Positions 23,515-36,850 are shown, numbered from the whole stretch's first letter. The stretch is DNA of 63,095 nt, filler included, from Lenisia limosa (GCA_001655205.1; 9 parts of 9 records of this genome joined end to end with filler, not necessarily neighbours in it), one strand, 5' to 3'. Program-made: numbers and translations. The notes: generated by a model from the sequence alone, not told the origin.

Positions 23515-26500
23515 CAACCAGGGATGCCGATTCCGAGTCCATCAATCGACTTCGGTGATGAGTAGGTTCTTTTGGCAAATCTCACGGAGCAGGACCCTCG
23601 AAGATGCTGACAGCCTTAAAGTCACAGCATTTGTCAACAATGATCAGGTTTGGACCGCACTCCTGTCGATAGCCTTCCCTAACGCTGACAGGACATTGCC
23701 ATTCTGAAAGAGATCGTTGAGAGAAACCAGGTTTCCGCGTTTCAAACATCTCTTGAGTCTCTTCTGGCGGTTAAGGAAAAACAAATCTTGGATATTTGCA
23801 GGTGGGAGGATTTTTTTTTTCTTATGTTGGTTGATAGTGGTTTATTGTCTTTTGTATTATCCTCATTACGCAGTTTCGAAGAACTTTAGAAGGTTCCACG
23901 TTTATCTATGGCTTGCATCAAAAAAATAATCAGTACTATTTCAGATCAAAAAATGAGAATGAAAAAAGGGGACATACAGCAGACATCTTTTGTATTCCTT
24001 GACTTCATGCAGTGCGCATTATCGGGAGTTGGTGTCAAATGTCGGAGCACTCGTGTCAATCCGAGGCGAAATCACTGAGCTCGGTCAGAACGTAACTGCA
24101 GCCGTCAGCAGCGCCAAAAAAGACACAAGCAAAGCGCTTACCACTGTTTGGGGGGGGGGGGNNNNNNNNNNNNNNNNNNNNNNNNNNNNNNNNNNNNNNN
24201 NNNNNNNNNNNNNNNNNNNNNNNNNNNNNNNNNNNNATTTGGGATGGCGGTGCGAACTAGGCATTGTGGAGCCATGGAAAAGACTTTTCAATGGAAAGTT
24301 CAGCTTCACTATTCTGTCTTGTTTTTAAAATTTCCCACTGGGATTCTACAACTACACACTTGACATTCCAGAGTAGCCGACTGTTGAGACTGCAGCAACG
24401 AAGGGTCAACCTTGACGAGTCAATAGCAATGATGGCGTATGGGGGTATAATTATGGAGTATGGAGTGATATTTTGCATTTATGGGGTCGGCAACATCTTT
24501 GAATGTTGTTGATACTACTGTATCAGCATTTTACCAATCAACTGTTTGATGAAGATGCTACATTATACCTTCCGTACCTCACCCCTTAGACAAGCCGAGG
24601 CTGCTATGAAACTCATCAAACGAACAGGTGAAGAGATCCGTACTGGTAACTTCCGTGCTGCTCTCAATGTGGGTCAGAAAGCCACGGGATTGCATATAGT
24701 ATATCCTCTATGTTGAATGATAAAAAACAAGAATCAAAATTGAACCTACTGAATAAAGGATATCATGCTGAGTTACAGCTACTATTGGACTGTTTTTTGT
24801 CAAGTAAAGACTTTTCATTTAACTGTTTCAGCTGATAAATGATGTCGAAGCCAATCACTTACCAGGCCTCCAGGGATTTGCCTTCACCCCTTTTATCGGT
24901 ATAAGGACTTCTGAGAGACATTTACAAACAGCATGTGGTATATGATATTTAATATCTTATCTGTGTTGAAGGCTCCAATACGAGTTACCATAATCCCTTA
25001 CCTCTCCAGAAAGAAGCCTTCCAAGCCTCAAAGATCAAATTTGTCGCGATGTTTTACAGCAGTTCAACTTGTGGATGGAAGAGTAAGCAGGTCTTATATG
25101 GCTTTTTTTTTTGCATACTAAATAGCATCTGGATTTTTTTTTTTCTCTCTATCATCTCTCCTTTTTCTCCCTTGTGTTTTTGTTCTTTTGTGTACAAACG
25201 TCTCATTACCCTGCAGTGTTCGCAGTAGGGAAGTTGAACTTGGAAAGCTGGCTCTCCAAAGAGGCGAAGGTACGGTGGATGAGTTGCTATTCGCTTCTGA
25301 TTTTTCTATCAATTCTAATTTTTCAAAATGCTTGTAGCATTGAACAAACTATTCAAAATGTTATCGTTTTTTTCTTTAAAATAAGGATGGATCGTGAGTG
25401 TTATACTTATAGACGCGCTGGGTAAACTTGAAGCAGTTCGAAGGAAACACAAGTCATCTTCAAAGTAAGAAATGGGATTTCTGGCTTGTCTTTAGTTGTG
25501 GGGTATTCAGGCTTTTCTTGTGTTGATTATTGTTCAGGACTGAGGAGACATCAGATGACGTAGGGTTTGACCACTCTAATACCTTGTTCGGACAGGCCGA
25601 CCTCTCTCTCTCTGCAGTAGGCGGGTTTTAGGGGAAGTAATAGTGTTAGAGTGGCGTGAAGAGGGGATATTGGGATTGGGATAGGTAGTAATATTTATTA
25701 CCAGAAGGGATCCTTTTTTAATAATTTATTGTCAATACACAATAATACGTTGAATTAGGTAATGTTAATGTTAATGGAATCTGACGTATTCAGGTGTACC
25801 GATGTTGGAAGGTATACGACAGTTTAGGCATGGCTACTCGTTTTGTGGACTACTACCGTGAACACAGAGGAGTGGGCATTATTTGATGTCCTAACAGTTT
25901 CTTTTCTTTTTTCAAAAGTTGAAATGATTGGTTTTGTATAAAATATATATATATACATATATATATTTGATAAATAAGAAGCAACGCACTATTTTTAACC
26001 ATTTTCAGCGCCAGTCCCGTTTGCTTCTCCAATCCGCCCAAAAAGGCCATGGCGGAACACCAACGTCCGAAGAAACGGAAGTTCCAGTTTCAGTCCCCGA
26101 TATTAGAGATAAACTAGGCAGAATTGGTGGGTGTTATCTTTGCTCTTGTATAATTATGTCAGTACACTGTTGTTTTGCTTTTTCACTGTGTCTCACACAT
26201 ATTAGGATAATGATAAAATTCAGAGATATATCGCAATTCTTACTTGCCCACAGCTGGGTTCTTCCTTGTTGAAGACCAAGTCCGACGTAGTACGCCAATG
26301 TTGCGTAGCACACATGATATTGCGTCACTTTGGCGTGGCGTCATCCCTGCTGTTACGGGGTATCTTTCGGAGCTCGTGGGGGGGGGGGGGNNNNNNNNNN
26401 NNNNNNNNNNNNNNNNNNNNNNNNNNNNNNNNNNNNNNNNNNNNNNNNNNNNNNNNNNNNNNNNNNNNNNNNNNNCACACAAGCTGCTATACTTAATGTT

Positions 26501-28703
26501 ATACAATGCCATGTAGCTGTACTCACCACACAGTTCCAAGCCGTAACACCACAAACGATTCTGACTGTCAAAGGAGAAGTTATCATATTCTGCAACACCG
26601 TACAGGGTAAGCGATAAAAAGACCTGGAAATAAATTGTCTTTAATTCATTTCATTTTGTGGCCTAGTAGGGAAACCTGAATCACTATTAATTGGACTATG
26701 TGGTGATGTTGTTAATTTTTATTCCACCATAATATCACATTCAAGACATTTTCTTGTAGATTTTTCAGCCCATTATGAATATCATACTTTATAGTTCTCG
26801 AACTGTCCGTCAGCGACCTGATGGCAATGCTGGAAAACTTGAACAAACAGTGCAGCAGTATTCTGATGGAGAAGGCAGAGGACACCTTCTTTTTGGTGGG
26901 TAAGGGGTCACTTTGGTTAAACATTGACTGACTGACGAAATATACAGTGCTTAATGATGTATTGATACTCAGTCTTTTGAGATAAATGGAAAGTAGTATT
27001 TTCCCAATCTGATTTCCCATATATCTGAATCATTTCTTCCGTGTGGATGGTCAAAATGTCTTTCTGGGTACTTTACTTCTCATCTCACCCCTCACCCCTC
27101 ACCCCAGGCTTATCAAGAGTGTCAGTTTGACGGAATCCACGTGAACAGTCTGAGTGACTACAATTCGAGAAACTTCCTTGCCAGATCCCGAGCACTTGCA
27201 CCGTCGGTTTTGGGTGGCTGAGGGACTTACAGCAGTATCATATTGATGGGCACCACACAATTGACTGTTTGATCAGTTTTGTTTTGATGTTGATATTGAT
27301 GGCTACGGTTGTAACTTTCTTTTATTGCTATTTCTAATGACACTTTTTCTCACCCCAAAGGCCCCAAGAGTTCCCTGCGGTTCTCAGCATCACCGATGCC
27401 TGCATCCAGTCTTGCCAGGCAATCATGGACTACATTGATAGGTGAGCTGATAATGTTCTCGGAATTCACTATCATTCCAACGATTTGTGTTTCTTCTTCA
27501 GATTGTCTCTTATGGAATATTCTAGCGAGAAACATTTACCCAGCATGGCCCTGGTTTAAGATAATCAAAGTATCACAGTAGATGAGAAAACCTAAACTTT
27601 AACGATATTCTTCAAGCTGATTTCATACTTTTCTTTTTAGTTGTTCATATAGCTCATTTTTTAGCTACTTTGAGTTTGCCGAGAACGTGGGAGATCTTGA
27701 CACTCAAGTGGGCAGGGGTCTGGTTAGTGATATACTGAGGTTAATTTATCATCATTTTCTTCTTCTGTATTCCTTTTTGGGATGATATGAACACGTGCTA
27801 TCTGTGTGGGCATCATCCTCACCTCTCAGGTGGTTCAAGGTACTCAGCATTTGTTGAGTAAGAAGCTTGCGGATTACCTCAACGTTGTCGTCAAAAAAGG
27901 CAAAGAAGAACAGGTTGCAATCTAACTATCCTCAGTACATATCGATATATATCACATGCATATGGCATAGCTGAAATGCTTGAAGGTGTAGACGACTTTG
28001 GCCAGATGCTCTCTTATTTTATTTCTCATTCCTACTTTTTCCCTGACATATACATGTACATCTGTACAATATATATGTATAGTATATAATACATATAATA
28101 TATATATATTTTATCGTTGACCTGACCCCTGTAGTTACTCAGCAAGGTGGTTCAGATCTGCAGTGACGCTACATTCATCCTCGATTCAGTCCACGTATTT
28201 ATTGAAGAAATCGCAGCTAAAAGGTTGCTGGATTTCACATCTACAGTGTCGGGGTGGTCACAATCTCTGCTGTAGTCTCTCATTTGGTTTAGTTTGAGGT
28301 GGAAGGTCAATGAAGTTCCTCTAGGCCCCCCAAAGCCAGTCCAAGACCTTGTTTCGTCTGCACAAGAGGCTATTTGCAGAGTGGGCTCTGGGCATAATAT
28401 TTACCTTATGATGTATTTTAATGACAATTTATATTATGGAAAAAAGGCGAGATGTGAAGATTAGTATATGATATTGGTGAACTTGATAGTCTCAAATTGG
28501 GCTTATTATTGGTATCGCTTTGGGCTCCTTTTTTAATGCAATAATACGAAAGTTGATACTTATATGGGTGTAGAATTATTTGATACTTGACGGATTCTGT
28601 CGGAAACTCTTTTCTCAAGCAAATTTCGATATCATTTAACTTCTCTCGCCAGGTCGCTCGAGATAAGATCGGCATTTTGTTCAGTGTGGTTGAATTACCT
28701 CCG
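23515..28703 (+). CDS. EXOC6: Exocyst component Sec15/EXOC6, partial (runs into the join at 28716)
   Basis: Exons give CSAHYRELVSNVGALVSIRGE, GNFRAALNLINDVE, LPSLKDQI...LWME, VYRCWKVYDSLG...FVDYY, AGFFLVEDQV...LW and KVVQICSD, collinear with Sec15 as I recall it. Confidence 0.85.
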
Positions 28704-29864
28704 GTGTACTGCCCTNNNNNNNNNNNNNNNNNNNNNNNNNNNNNNNNNNNNNNNNNNNNTTAATTAATTAANNNNNNNNNNNNNNNNNNNNNNNNNNNNN
28801 NNNNNNNNNNNNNNNCACCTCCCCCCCTTCAGACATCCACGATCGGGCTTAGGAGACGCTACGTTAGTGTGCAGTATGTAGAAATGAGGAATAAAACAAG
28901 GTAGTATCTGGCTGAGGCCGTCCACACCATCACGTTTATTAGAGACACTGGATAATTACAATAATAATTCTCGTATAGTGTGACCTTAATAAGTCTTGAC
29001 CGATTTGTGATTTCCCAAGGAAAATCGATCAAAACATATTACAGTCATATACCCATAACTATACAGATATAAGCTATACAAATGATATAATAGTAATATG
29101 TATTATNNNNNNNNNNNNNNNNNNNNNNNNNNNNNNNNNNNNNNNNNNNNNNNNNNNNNNNNNNNNNNNNNNNNNNNNNNNNNNNNNCATATGTAGAAAT
29201 ATTGATATTCCTAGCTTTCTCCTTGAATGCGTAGTATTTCCCTTTCGATCCTTGAATGCGAACCTTGTTTTGAAGATCAGTAATGTCGCTCTGCAACGCA
29301 GGAGCACTTGTATCATTCGAGGCGGCAAACTCTGCGCTGTATAGCCCAGTCTTATCTCTATGACGTGAGTGCATGAAGACCCCCCCCCCCTTCCCTTCCT
29401 ATTAACTCACACTGATAAAGGGGTACACAAAACACCGCCTAAGCAAAGGAGGAGGTGGAGGAGCAATCCCCTCATCAACATGTTGTTTTTCGGCTTGTCT
29501 TTTGGTGAGAATGGTGGTGCTATGTAATTGCAAATAAGTAAATAATTATTTCAGAATTATTTGATCGTTGATAGGTGTGTAGGCTGTGTGTAGGTGTAGC
29601 TTGGAACTGGTGTAGGGAAGAGAAAACAAAAATGCAATGGGGAAAATTTGGAAATTTGATGGGGGATCCGTTTTGTTCCGAAATTCTTGCATAAACATTT
29701 GTTATGTCATGGGGATGGAGTGCTGCGGAATTTGAACCCTCTTTAAATTGGGTCGCATGCATAGTATACAGCGCCTAACACTGCATAGTTTATCCTGGTA
29801 TAATATCTACTATGCACTAACTGACAGCCACCTCCCTCCTCGGTCACCTCCTAGTTGTAACGAG

Positions 29865-29950
29865 TTTACATTTCAACACCGTAATACATGCCGGTCTACC
29901 GTCTACAACATTTCAAGACCGTAATACATGCCGGTCTACCGTCTACAACA
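29865..29950. repeat. 40-bp tandem duplication
   Basis: ACATTTCAA(C/G)ACCGTAATACATGCCGGTCTACCGTCTACA twice. Confidence 0.9.
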
Positions 29951-30165
29951 GGTCTGTTGTCCTCTCATATTTCAAACATTGTATAGAAAATAAAAATAAA
30001 CTCATATCTCATGTCCATACTACTAAAAGTTCAAAATATAAAGAGTGATTGTAGGAGTAGAAGGGGAGATGGGGTGTCACTAATTTGCAAATAAGTCAAG
30101 ATACTTGCCAATCAATAGTACTGTCCCAATCACAAGAGGCAGTAAGGCAGTAGATAACATAAGAA

Positions 30166-31706
30166 CTACTGCATCCATGCAAGGTGAACAGTCGAGGCCG
30201 CTCCATCATAACTGTAATAATCGTCACATTCCCATCTACATTGTCAACGGCATGCCTCAGTAAAAATTAAGGCCATACCTATCTATTCCTCCTGCACCAA
30301 TACCCCAATGCTTGCTTGCTCCATAGAATGGGAAGTTAGTGAGGGGGGAATCATCTGAGGTATACCCTGTGCTGCAGATTGCTGGCATTGCTGCCGTATG
30401 CCCTGATAAAAGAGTGTAGTCTGACTGCGCGAAGTCAGTGATAATGGACCTCATACCCCCATATTCTTGAACGACGTGTTGACATCTGCTGCAGCACCTG
30501 AAGGAGGTAAGGGTGTCAAGCAAATGCTGACCTACCAATTTGAACATAATCCAAGCCGGGCTGATGTGATGTCCTGAAGCAGTAAGTATCTACAATTGCA
30601 AGCAAGTCATACATAAAGTTGACAACAGTAGATGTTTGGCTACTGCGGCAGTAGAACTTCAGTGCTTCAATTGGGAATTGGGCCAGAAGAGAGGGCCCCG
30701 TGTGCCCCCAGTCATCATGTCCAACACTGCTGTCTCCTGAACAAGTAAACTTCATGAATAAACAAGTGAACATTTAATGCGCTATCCCATTCACATACCA
30801 AGGCTTCTCTCCTTATAAGTTGGGAAGGAAGAGAAGCTCTGTGAAATTGTATCCGCTGTATTTGCCTTGTTCTAAACCAGTTACCCAGGAAGAAACTTAA
30901 TCCTGGTAACTTATCAGATTATTCAAATATATTGCATCATCATACATGTGCATAGCTTAAGATCAGCATCCAGGGTCCTGCTTCAGCATCCATATCACAA
31001 TACACCTCAAAGACTGTCTGCGTAATATTGGAGCGGATAAAGACTTTTCCAGTCGGAAGTCCTGTATATGGTGAGTATCATGTTAAAGTGTTGAAATTAT
31101 CTGTTGATTTAATCATCTTTTTAAAAAAACGTGAAACACAACTTAGTTCTCTGCGTTTGAAGGTACCTTTGCCTTACTCAAGGGGTATATAAACAAGTTT
31201 ATGAGTGTTTGATGAATTCTCCATATTCCTACGTCAGATTTTTGGACCCTGACCTTCAGAAAAATGAAAAAGAAAATAAATAATTATTTTTGGAAGTGTT
31301 TTTTGACCATGAAACTAAAAGTTTCAGAGATTGACACTTTTGAGATTACAATTGCAAGCTTAATTAACTGATTAAAATAGAATCTCAACTTGCACATTCT
31401 GTGATTTCTACAACTCTACAACCCCCACCATAATCATCTCTGGCTTCAAGGCAAGAATATGGCACGACATCATGTGTGAAGTATTCAATCTTTTTCTCGA
31501 GAGCCGCCACCCTAGCTTCCACATAGTGTTTGCTGGTGGGAGAGTTGTCCTTAAGGGGAATCAAGGGCACAGTTAGCTCCACTTCCTGACTAGGCGTTTG
31601 ACTGCGAAGTAAGAAAAGCAGAAACCACTGCTTACATGACATAGCCTGCTACAAAGAAGATCATGTTGAAAAACAAAAGAGCATTCCAAGTCCAAGAGTG
31701 GGTCAT
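30166..31706 (-). CDS. Fibrinogen-related (FReD/intelectin-like) domain protein with N-terminal hydrophobic segment
   Basis: YSCLEARDDYGLPTGKVFI...VFEVYCDMDAEAGPWMLI, then LKFYCRSS...GHTAAMP...LTNFPFY...HWGIG...RWECDD...HLAWMQ*. One internal phase near 30520 is unresolved. Confidence 0.7.
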
Positions 31707-32206
31707 TTCTTTTGGATGATGTGGATGGGGGGGGGNNNNNNNNNNNNNNNNNNNNNNNNNNNNNNNNNNNNNNNNNNNNNNNNNNNNNNNNNNNNNNNNN
31801 NNNNNNNNNNNNNNNNNNNNNNNNNNNNNNNNNNNNNNNNNNNNNNNNNNNNNNNNAAGGACTGTGTTGAGCAAGTGTTGAGACAATGGTAGGTAGAGAG
31901 AAGAGAGAAGAGGAGAGGGAGAGGGCTGAAGTTCCCGAACCCCCCGGGGCCCCTCAGCATCGGACTGAAAAGGAATACCAGGGACCGTCCGGGGTAAGAA
32001 GGCTGAAGAGGGGGGCATTCCTGGGGCGTACATATTCGGTTATCCAATTTTTGCTAAAAAATTGCTAAAAACTGCTAAATCAAGAGATATAGAATACTTC
32101 TTCATTAGACATATGATATAGTGCTTAATCAAAGTCTTAGCTTCTTTCGAAGTTTTCTTTAGAGCCACCTCTGAGTCTCCCTTCACTGCTGTAACATGTT
32201 GCTATT

Positions 32207-32629
32207 CATAGAGGGGGCTGGTTTGCCCCAACGATCGGTTATTGTCTCAGTATGCCTTCTCTTTCGGCTCTCCCAATTCAACAATATGAGACAGTCTCAA
32301 TTTTGGTGATATTGTTGAGAGAGCTACACCCTTATGCTTCAGGTTGAAACGAGTGACAGAGTGTCGCTGATCAGAACGCGATTCTTACATGCCGTTGTTG
32401 AAATGGGGAGGCAGCCTTTTGGCTTCAGCCTTTATCATCAGAGTTGGCTGGCTCTGTCTTTTATCTTTGAATTGATTTGGGAGTTTTTGTTGTTGTTTTT
32501 TTTTTTGAGGAAGTGGCAAGGATTTTAAATCGAAAGCTTTTCTTGCTCACAAGCCAGACACCCCCCTACGCAGCGGCTTGTCAGTGGGGGACTACAACCT
32601 TCATGATGGTGACGTGCTCAAGTGTGTTA
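32207..32629 (+). CDS. Ubiquitin-like domain exons, partial
   Basis: VETSDRVSLIRTRF...FSLYHQ and DTPLRSGLSVGDYNLHDGDVLKCV follow the UBL pattern. Cut off by the join. Confidence 0.5.
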
Positions 32630-32749
32630 NNNNNNNNNNNNNNNNNNNNNNNNNNNNNNNNNNNNNNNNNNNNTTAATTAATTAANNNNNNNNNNNNNNN
32701 NNNNNNNNNNNNNNNNNNNNNNNNNNNNNCTTTTGACCTATGTTATTGA

Positions 32750-33971
32750 CCAATGCGAATCCGAATGGCAGCAGTATGGTGCCTGGTGGGGGGTGTGAAT
32801 GGGGGATAGCATTGGTATAATTTCGTATGTTGGGCAAAAATATGAATTTCATTTTCCTCCTATTTACTGTAGCATGACACATGGAAGCCCTTGTTTTATT
32901 GAAACTATCTTTGCCTCCTCCTCCGCAACTGTATTATTAACACTTTTAGGAAAGAAAATCCGATTTTGAACTCATTCTTCTTCGAAGTAGGGGGGGGGGG
33001 GGTGCGAATTACTTATNNNNNNNNNNNNNNNNNNNNNNNNNNNNNNNNNNNNNNNNNNNNNNNNNNNNNNNNNNNNNNNNNNNNNNNNNNNNNNNNNNNN
33101 NNNNNNNNNNNNNNNNNATCTTTTTTTATTTTTTTGCTTCCACATACAGTTTTCTCTTAAATTGATATATTACTGATATTTTTATGAAGGTGGTTGTTAT
33201 TTTTTATTGTGCGTTTGTGCATCCCAAGATTTTTCTTTGTTATATGATATCATCAACGTGAAGTTGCTAACAGAGTATCCTTAGGTAGTAGATTAAGGGA
33301 AATCGGATAGTTTCAGTAGTACCGCCTTATTCCCAACTCATGGCTTCAGACGGAGGTGTACTTTCAATGTGTTTCATGCAGCCAAAAGACCAAGCCGGAA
33401 AAGGAGACTTTCACCAGTTTGAGTCTCGACTTCCCAGACGAGGAATTCAAGACAATGTGGGAAACAAAACAAAATATTACCTCAGTGGGGCTACATATTT
33501 GGGACATTCGCAAGTTTTAAAACGTGCAAACGGGTTTTCTGGATGGATTATGGAATATCTTTTTTTACTGTATTTTAACCCAGTCTCTTTAAACTTCTTT
33601 ATTTTAACCCAGTCTCTTTAAACTTCTTTATTTTGACCCCACTAGGAGTAAGTACGACATACCAAACCTGCTGACTTCCTTCTTCAACGTGAGAAGGTCG
33701 AAACTGTTTAACAAAGTGCTTTATTTGCACTTATTTATCCATAATAACATGTGATAGATAAGATTAGCTGGGATATTGATACCATTCCACATTGTCGTGA
33801 TGTTTCCGTGGCTCTTCTTACGCTTCAGTCCTTTGTTGAGAAGCAATGCGAAGGTAAATGCAGGAAGCAACGAACACATCAGTCCATTCGGCGCTTTACT
33901 GTATATCCTCGGACGTTAATTGTGCACCTCAAGCGATTTAAGTTCAAGATGGAGTATCCCCCGTCCCCAAT
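32750..33971 (+). CDS. Ubiquitin-specific protease (peptidase C19) catalytic domain, central part
   Basis: Phase-consistent exons ENPILNSFFFE|TEVYFQCVSCSQK...ETFTSLSLDFP|...FF|VEKQCEGKC...YPRTLIVHLKRFKF. I could not find the Cys box or the His box. Confidence 0.8.
33571..33636. repeat. 30-bp tandem repeat, about 2.2 units
   Basis: TATTTTAACCCAGTCTCTTTAAACTTCTTT. Confidence 0.9.
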
Positions 33972-34836
33972 GTAGGCCAGACTTATTATTCGTTTCACTT
34001 TCACAATCTTTTTTTATTCCTTAACTGAAGTTTTTCACCTCCTTTTTTTTCTGCCCAATTTGCTTGGCATTCTCCAATCACTTGATTGTTGAATATGGTG
34101 ATTCTACCAAATGCATGAATGAAACAACAATTACAACTTTACATCGGGAGCCCTACAGCATTGCCACTTCTTTGAAAGGTAAGAAATACGATAAATGCCG
34201 GTCCATGGTATTTACCAAGAAAGGAACGACTTCTTCCAGTCTTCACAGCCAACAGGTTGAGCTGATACAAGGCTTACTGCTGAAGCATTATCAGCATCCT
34301 CAAAGTTGACATTGTGTAGATGCTAAAGATGACGGCGAGTTGAGAGCCAACACAAATGCAAGTGATCTCTTCATCATCTCTCTTAATACAAAACTCTTCG
34401 TCCATATCAAGGGACCGCGGATCTCGGTAAAGTGACGATCTCCGATCTTCCCCGGATCTCCACGATCTTCGTCCGATCTTGGCCTGATTTTTTTTTTTTT
34501 ACTTTTTTTTTTTTGCTTTTTTTCTTCTTTGCAGCTTTGTTTTTAATTTGTTATATCGTTTGTGTGTAGCAATTGGGTAGACCCAACCCAACCACTACTT
34601 CAACTCGCCTCTTTCCATTTGCTTTCCATTGACCCCCAATCCAACCCCAATCTATCAGTCAATCATAGTCAAATAGTATACATACGCCCTGCATTCATCA
34701 AAGTTTCAAAAGTGAAAAAAAATAGAAATCTTCACTGCCACATAAAGAATAAGAGAAGAGAAAGGGAAAATAAGAGAGAAAAGAATTAGAGAATTGATAA
34801 AAACCAACACAAACACCACACGAACTGACACCATCG

Positions 34837-35215
34837 CTACTTCTTGAACTCAAAGGAGTCTGAGCGAGAATGCCTCGTCTTCTTTCGCTGCGCACACTCA
34901 TCAGAGAAGAAATCTCTAAGATATTTATCGGCTCGACGGTATGAGCCCTTGTCATCAATTGCAACAGAAAGTGCATTCGCCTTGGATAATAAGTAACACA
35001 ACATTGAGAATATGGAAAAATAATTCCTTCCACAAACTTGGGAATTAGCTACCAAGAGCTCCTTCTTGTCAAAAGCGGCCTCCTAAAAGAGCTTTGCTCG
35101 CTCGGCGAGGGACTTGGCCTGAGAAATGGCGGCGTTCTTGACTGCAATAGCCTTAGCGGACTTGGCCTTTTTACTTGGGATGTGGGTACATGTGACTGGG
35201 AGCTCGGAGGAGTAT
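34837..35215 (-). pseudogene. Coding-like Lys/Ala-rich segment with an in-frame TAG
   Basis: GCC/AAG-biased frame KKAKSAKAIAVKNAA...AKLF*EAAFDKKELL (TAG at 35083-35085), apparently spliced to ANALSVAIDD...FEFKK*. Confidence 0.4.
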
Positions 35216-36378
35216 GAAGCAACACTGCTCTTTTAATGTGGTTTGATTTTGAGAGTATTGCTTTTCTTTAGTGTTCTGTTATCATGTAAATAACTTTCTC
35301 TGTTTTCTCTCAGTTTCATTTATTTTATTCTTATTATTATCTCATATTCACAACAAGCATACATAATATCATTAACATTGTCCCGAGTTCCCCTCAATGA
35401 ACTTTTCAGATCAATTCCATCCCCCCGACGAAAACCCGCAACACCCCCTGCCCCTTCGTCCGTAAAGTCGGAAAATCCTTTCAGCCCCCTTTCACAGGTG
35501 GGAGGAATTTGGACTCAATTTGAGGTACAACGTAATCATTCACTTTACGGGCTTTTTCCCATCCGATCAACATTATGTTTCATCCTCATCTAATAGCCTC
35601 TATGATACAAATGTGAGAGGTCGCCAGTGTTATAATCTTCACACATCCCTCCATTCCCAGAGTTGACAAAAGCATAACTCGGCTAAGACTGGGTTTTTTT
35701 TTTACTTTCCCATACATTATACAATATTATATGTAATAAATTTACAATATGATATCCCTGGGAAAACGTACAAAGTCACGTGCGCCGAAATAATAAGAGA
35801 ACACATATCATAAATCGTATCGGAGTTGTAACACGCTATAACAGTAAATACATTGGGTGTGATGCTAGATTTCCTCATATCACTGACCACACAGGAATCA
35901 AGCCCCGAAAACTCCAGCAACTCACAGCCGTCAATACCATCAACACCTGGGTAAGCTTCACAATTCAAAATTATACAAAATGTAACTAATTGGGTGCATA
36001 ATACTTAAAGTTTGATTCATATCTTACTCCCTTTTTATTTCTAATTTCTACATTTGATTATGATATTGTACTGTCCGTCCTATCATTTACTGTTGTCTTG
36101 CTTCTTTTTTTTTTTTGGGGGGGGGGGGAGGGCGTNNNNNNNNNNNNNNNNNNNNNNNNNNNNNNNNNNNNNNNNNNNNNNNNNNNNNNNNNNNNNNNNN
36201 NNNNNNNNNTTCTATTTTGTTTCATTGTATTCAATATTTTAAAAATACTATTATATTTCCTTCCTATCCAAACCATTACGGTACAGGCATCCAGATCGGC
36301 CGTTTGTCCCCATTGTCAGCAGGTTTGTGAGGGCAGCGCAGCATCCTCTTGTTTCCGAGTTTTGGATAACGTTCACCT

Positions 36379-36475
36379 TTGAAATTTCTGATTTAAAATT
36401 CTTGTTTAAGTATTCATCTTTGACATTTCTGATTTTATATTCTTGTTTTTAAGTATTCATCTTTGAAATTTCTGT
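36379..36475. repeat. Tandem repeat of about 43 bp, about 2.2 units
   Basis: TTTGA(A/C)ATTTCTGATTT...TTCTTGTTT..AAGTATTCATC repeated. Confidence 0.8.
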
Positions 36476-36574
36476 GCTTTTTTATTTTTTTTTTTGTTGT
36501 AACTTTTATTTTATTTTTTTTGCTGTTTGTAAACTCCATAGTGTTCGTCAAGGTACTTGGTTGAATACCCTTAT

Positions 36575-36850
36575 CACCAAATAGGAACGAAAGCCCGATT
36601 GAAGACTCCCCTCCACCGTCTTACGAAGATAGCCAACTCCCCGGTATGTGGGAGGGATTGAAATGAGCAAAGAGGGCAAATCCGCTCAAATTGATTCGAT
36701 ATTGAGCTCAGTTGAAACCTTCTTGATACTGCTTGTGCTATGATGAATCACACCCCAGACGGCCAAAGAATTGATCTTGACGATCTGAGCCCCCCACCTT
36801 CGGATGAATTTCTCTCAACGAATAACGCACAATTCTTCTCCTCACCTCCG
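36575..36850 (+). CDS. Low-complexity exons with a PPxY motif, partial
   Basis: NESPIEDSPPPSYEDSQLP ends at a GTATGT donor and is phase-compatible with the next exon DGQRIDLDDLSPPPSDEF. Confidence 0.35.

Noticed and set aside
26712-27020. Minus-strand 102-aa ORF
   Set aside because: It is the antisense shadow of a Sec15 exon on the plus strand.
35083-35085. In-frame TAG as evidence for a non-standard genetic code
   Set aside because: Well-supported genes splice with no internal stops and end at TGA, TAA or TAG, so one amber in a TE-like frame is better read as decay.
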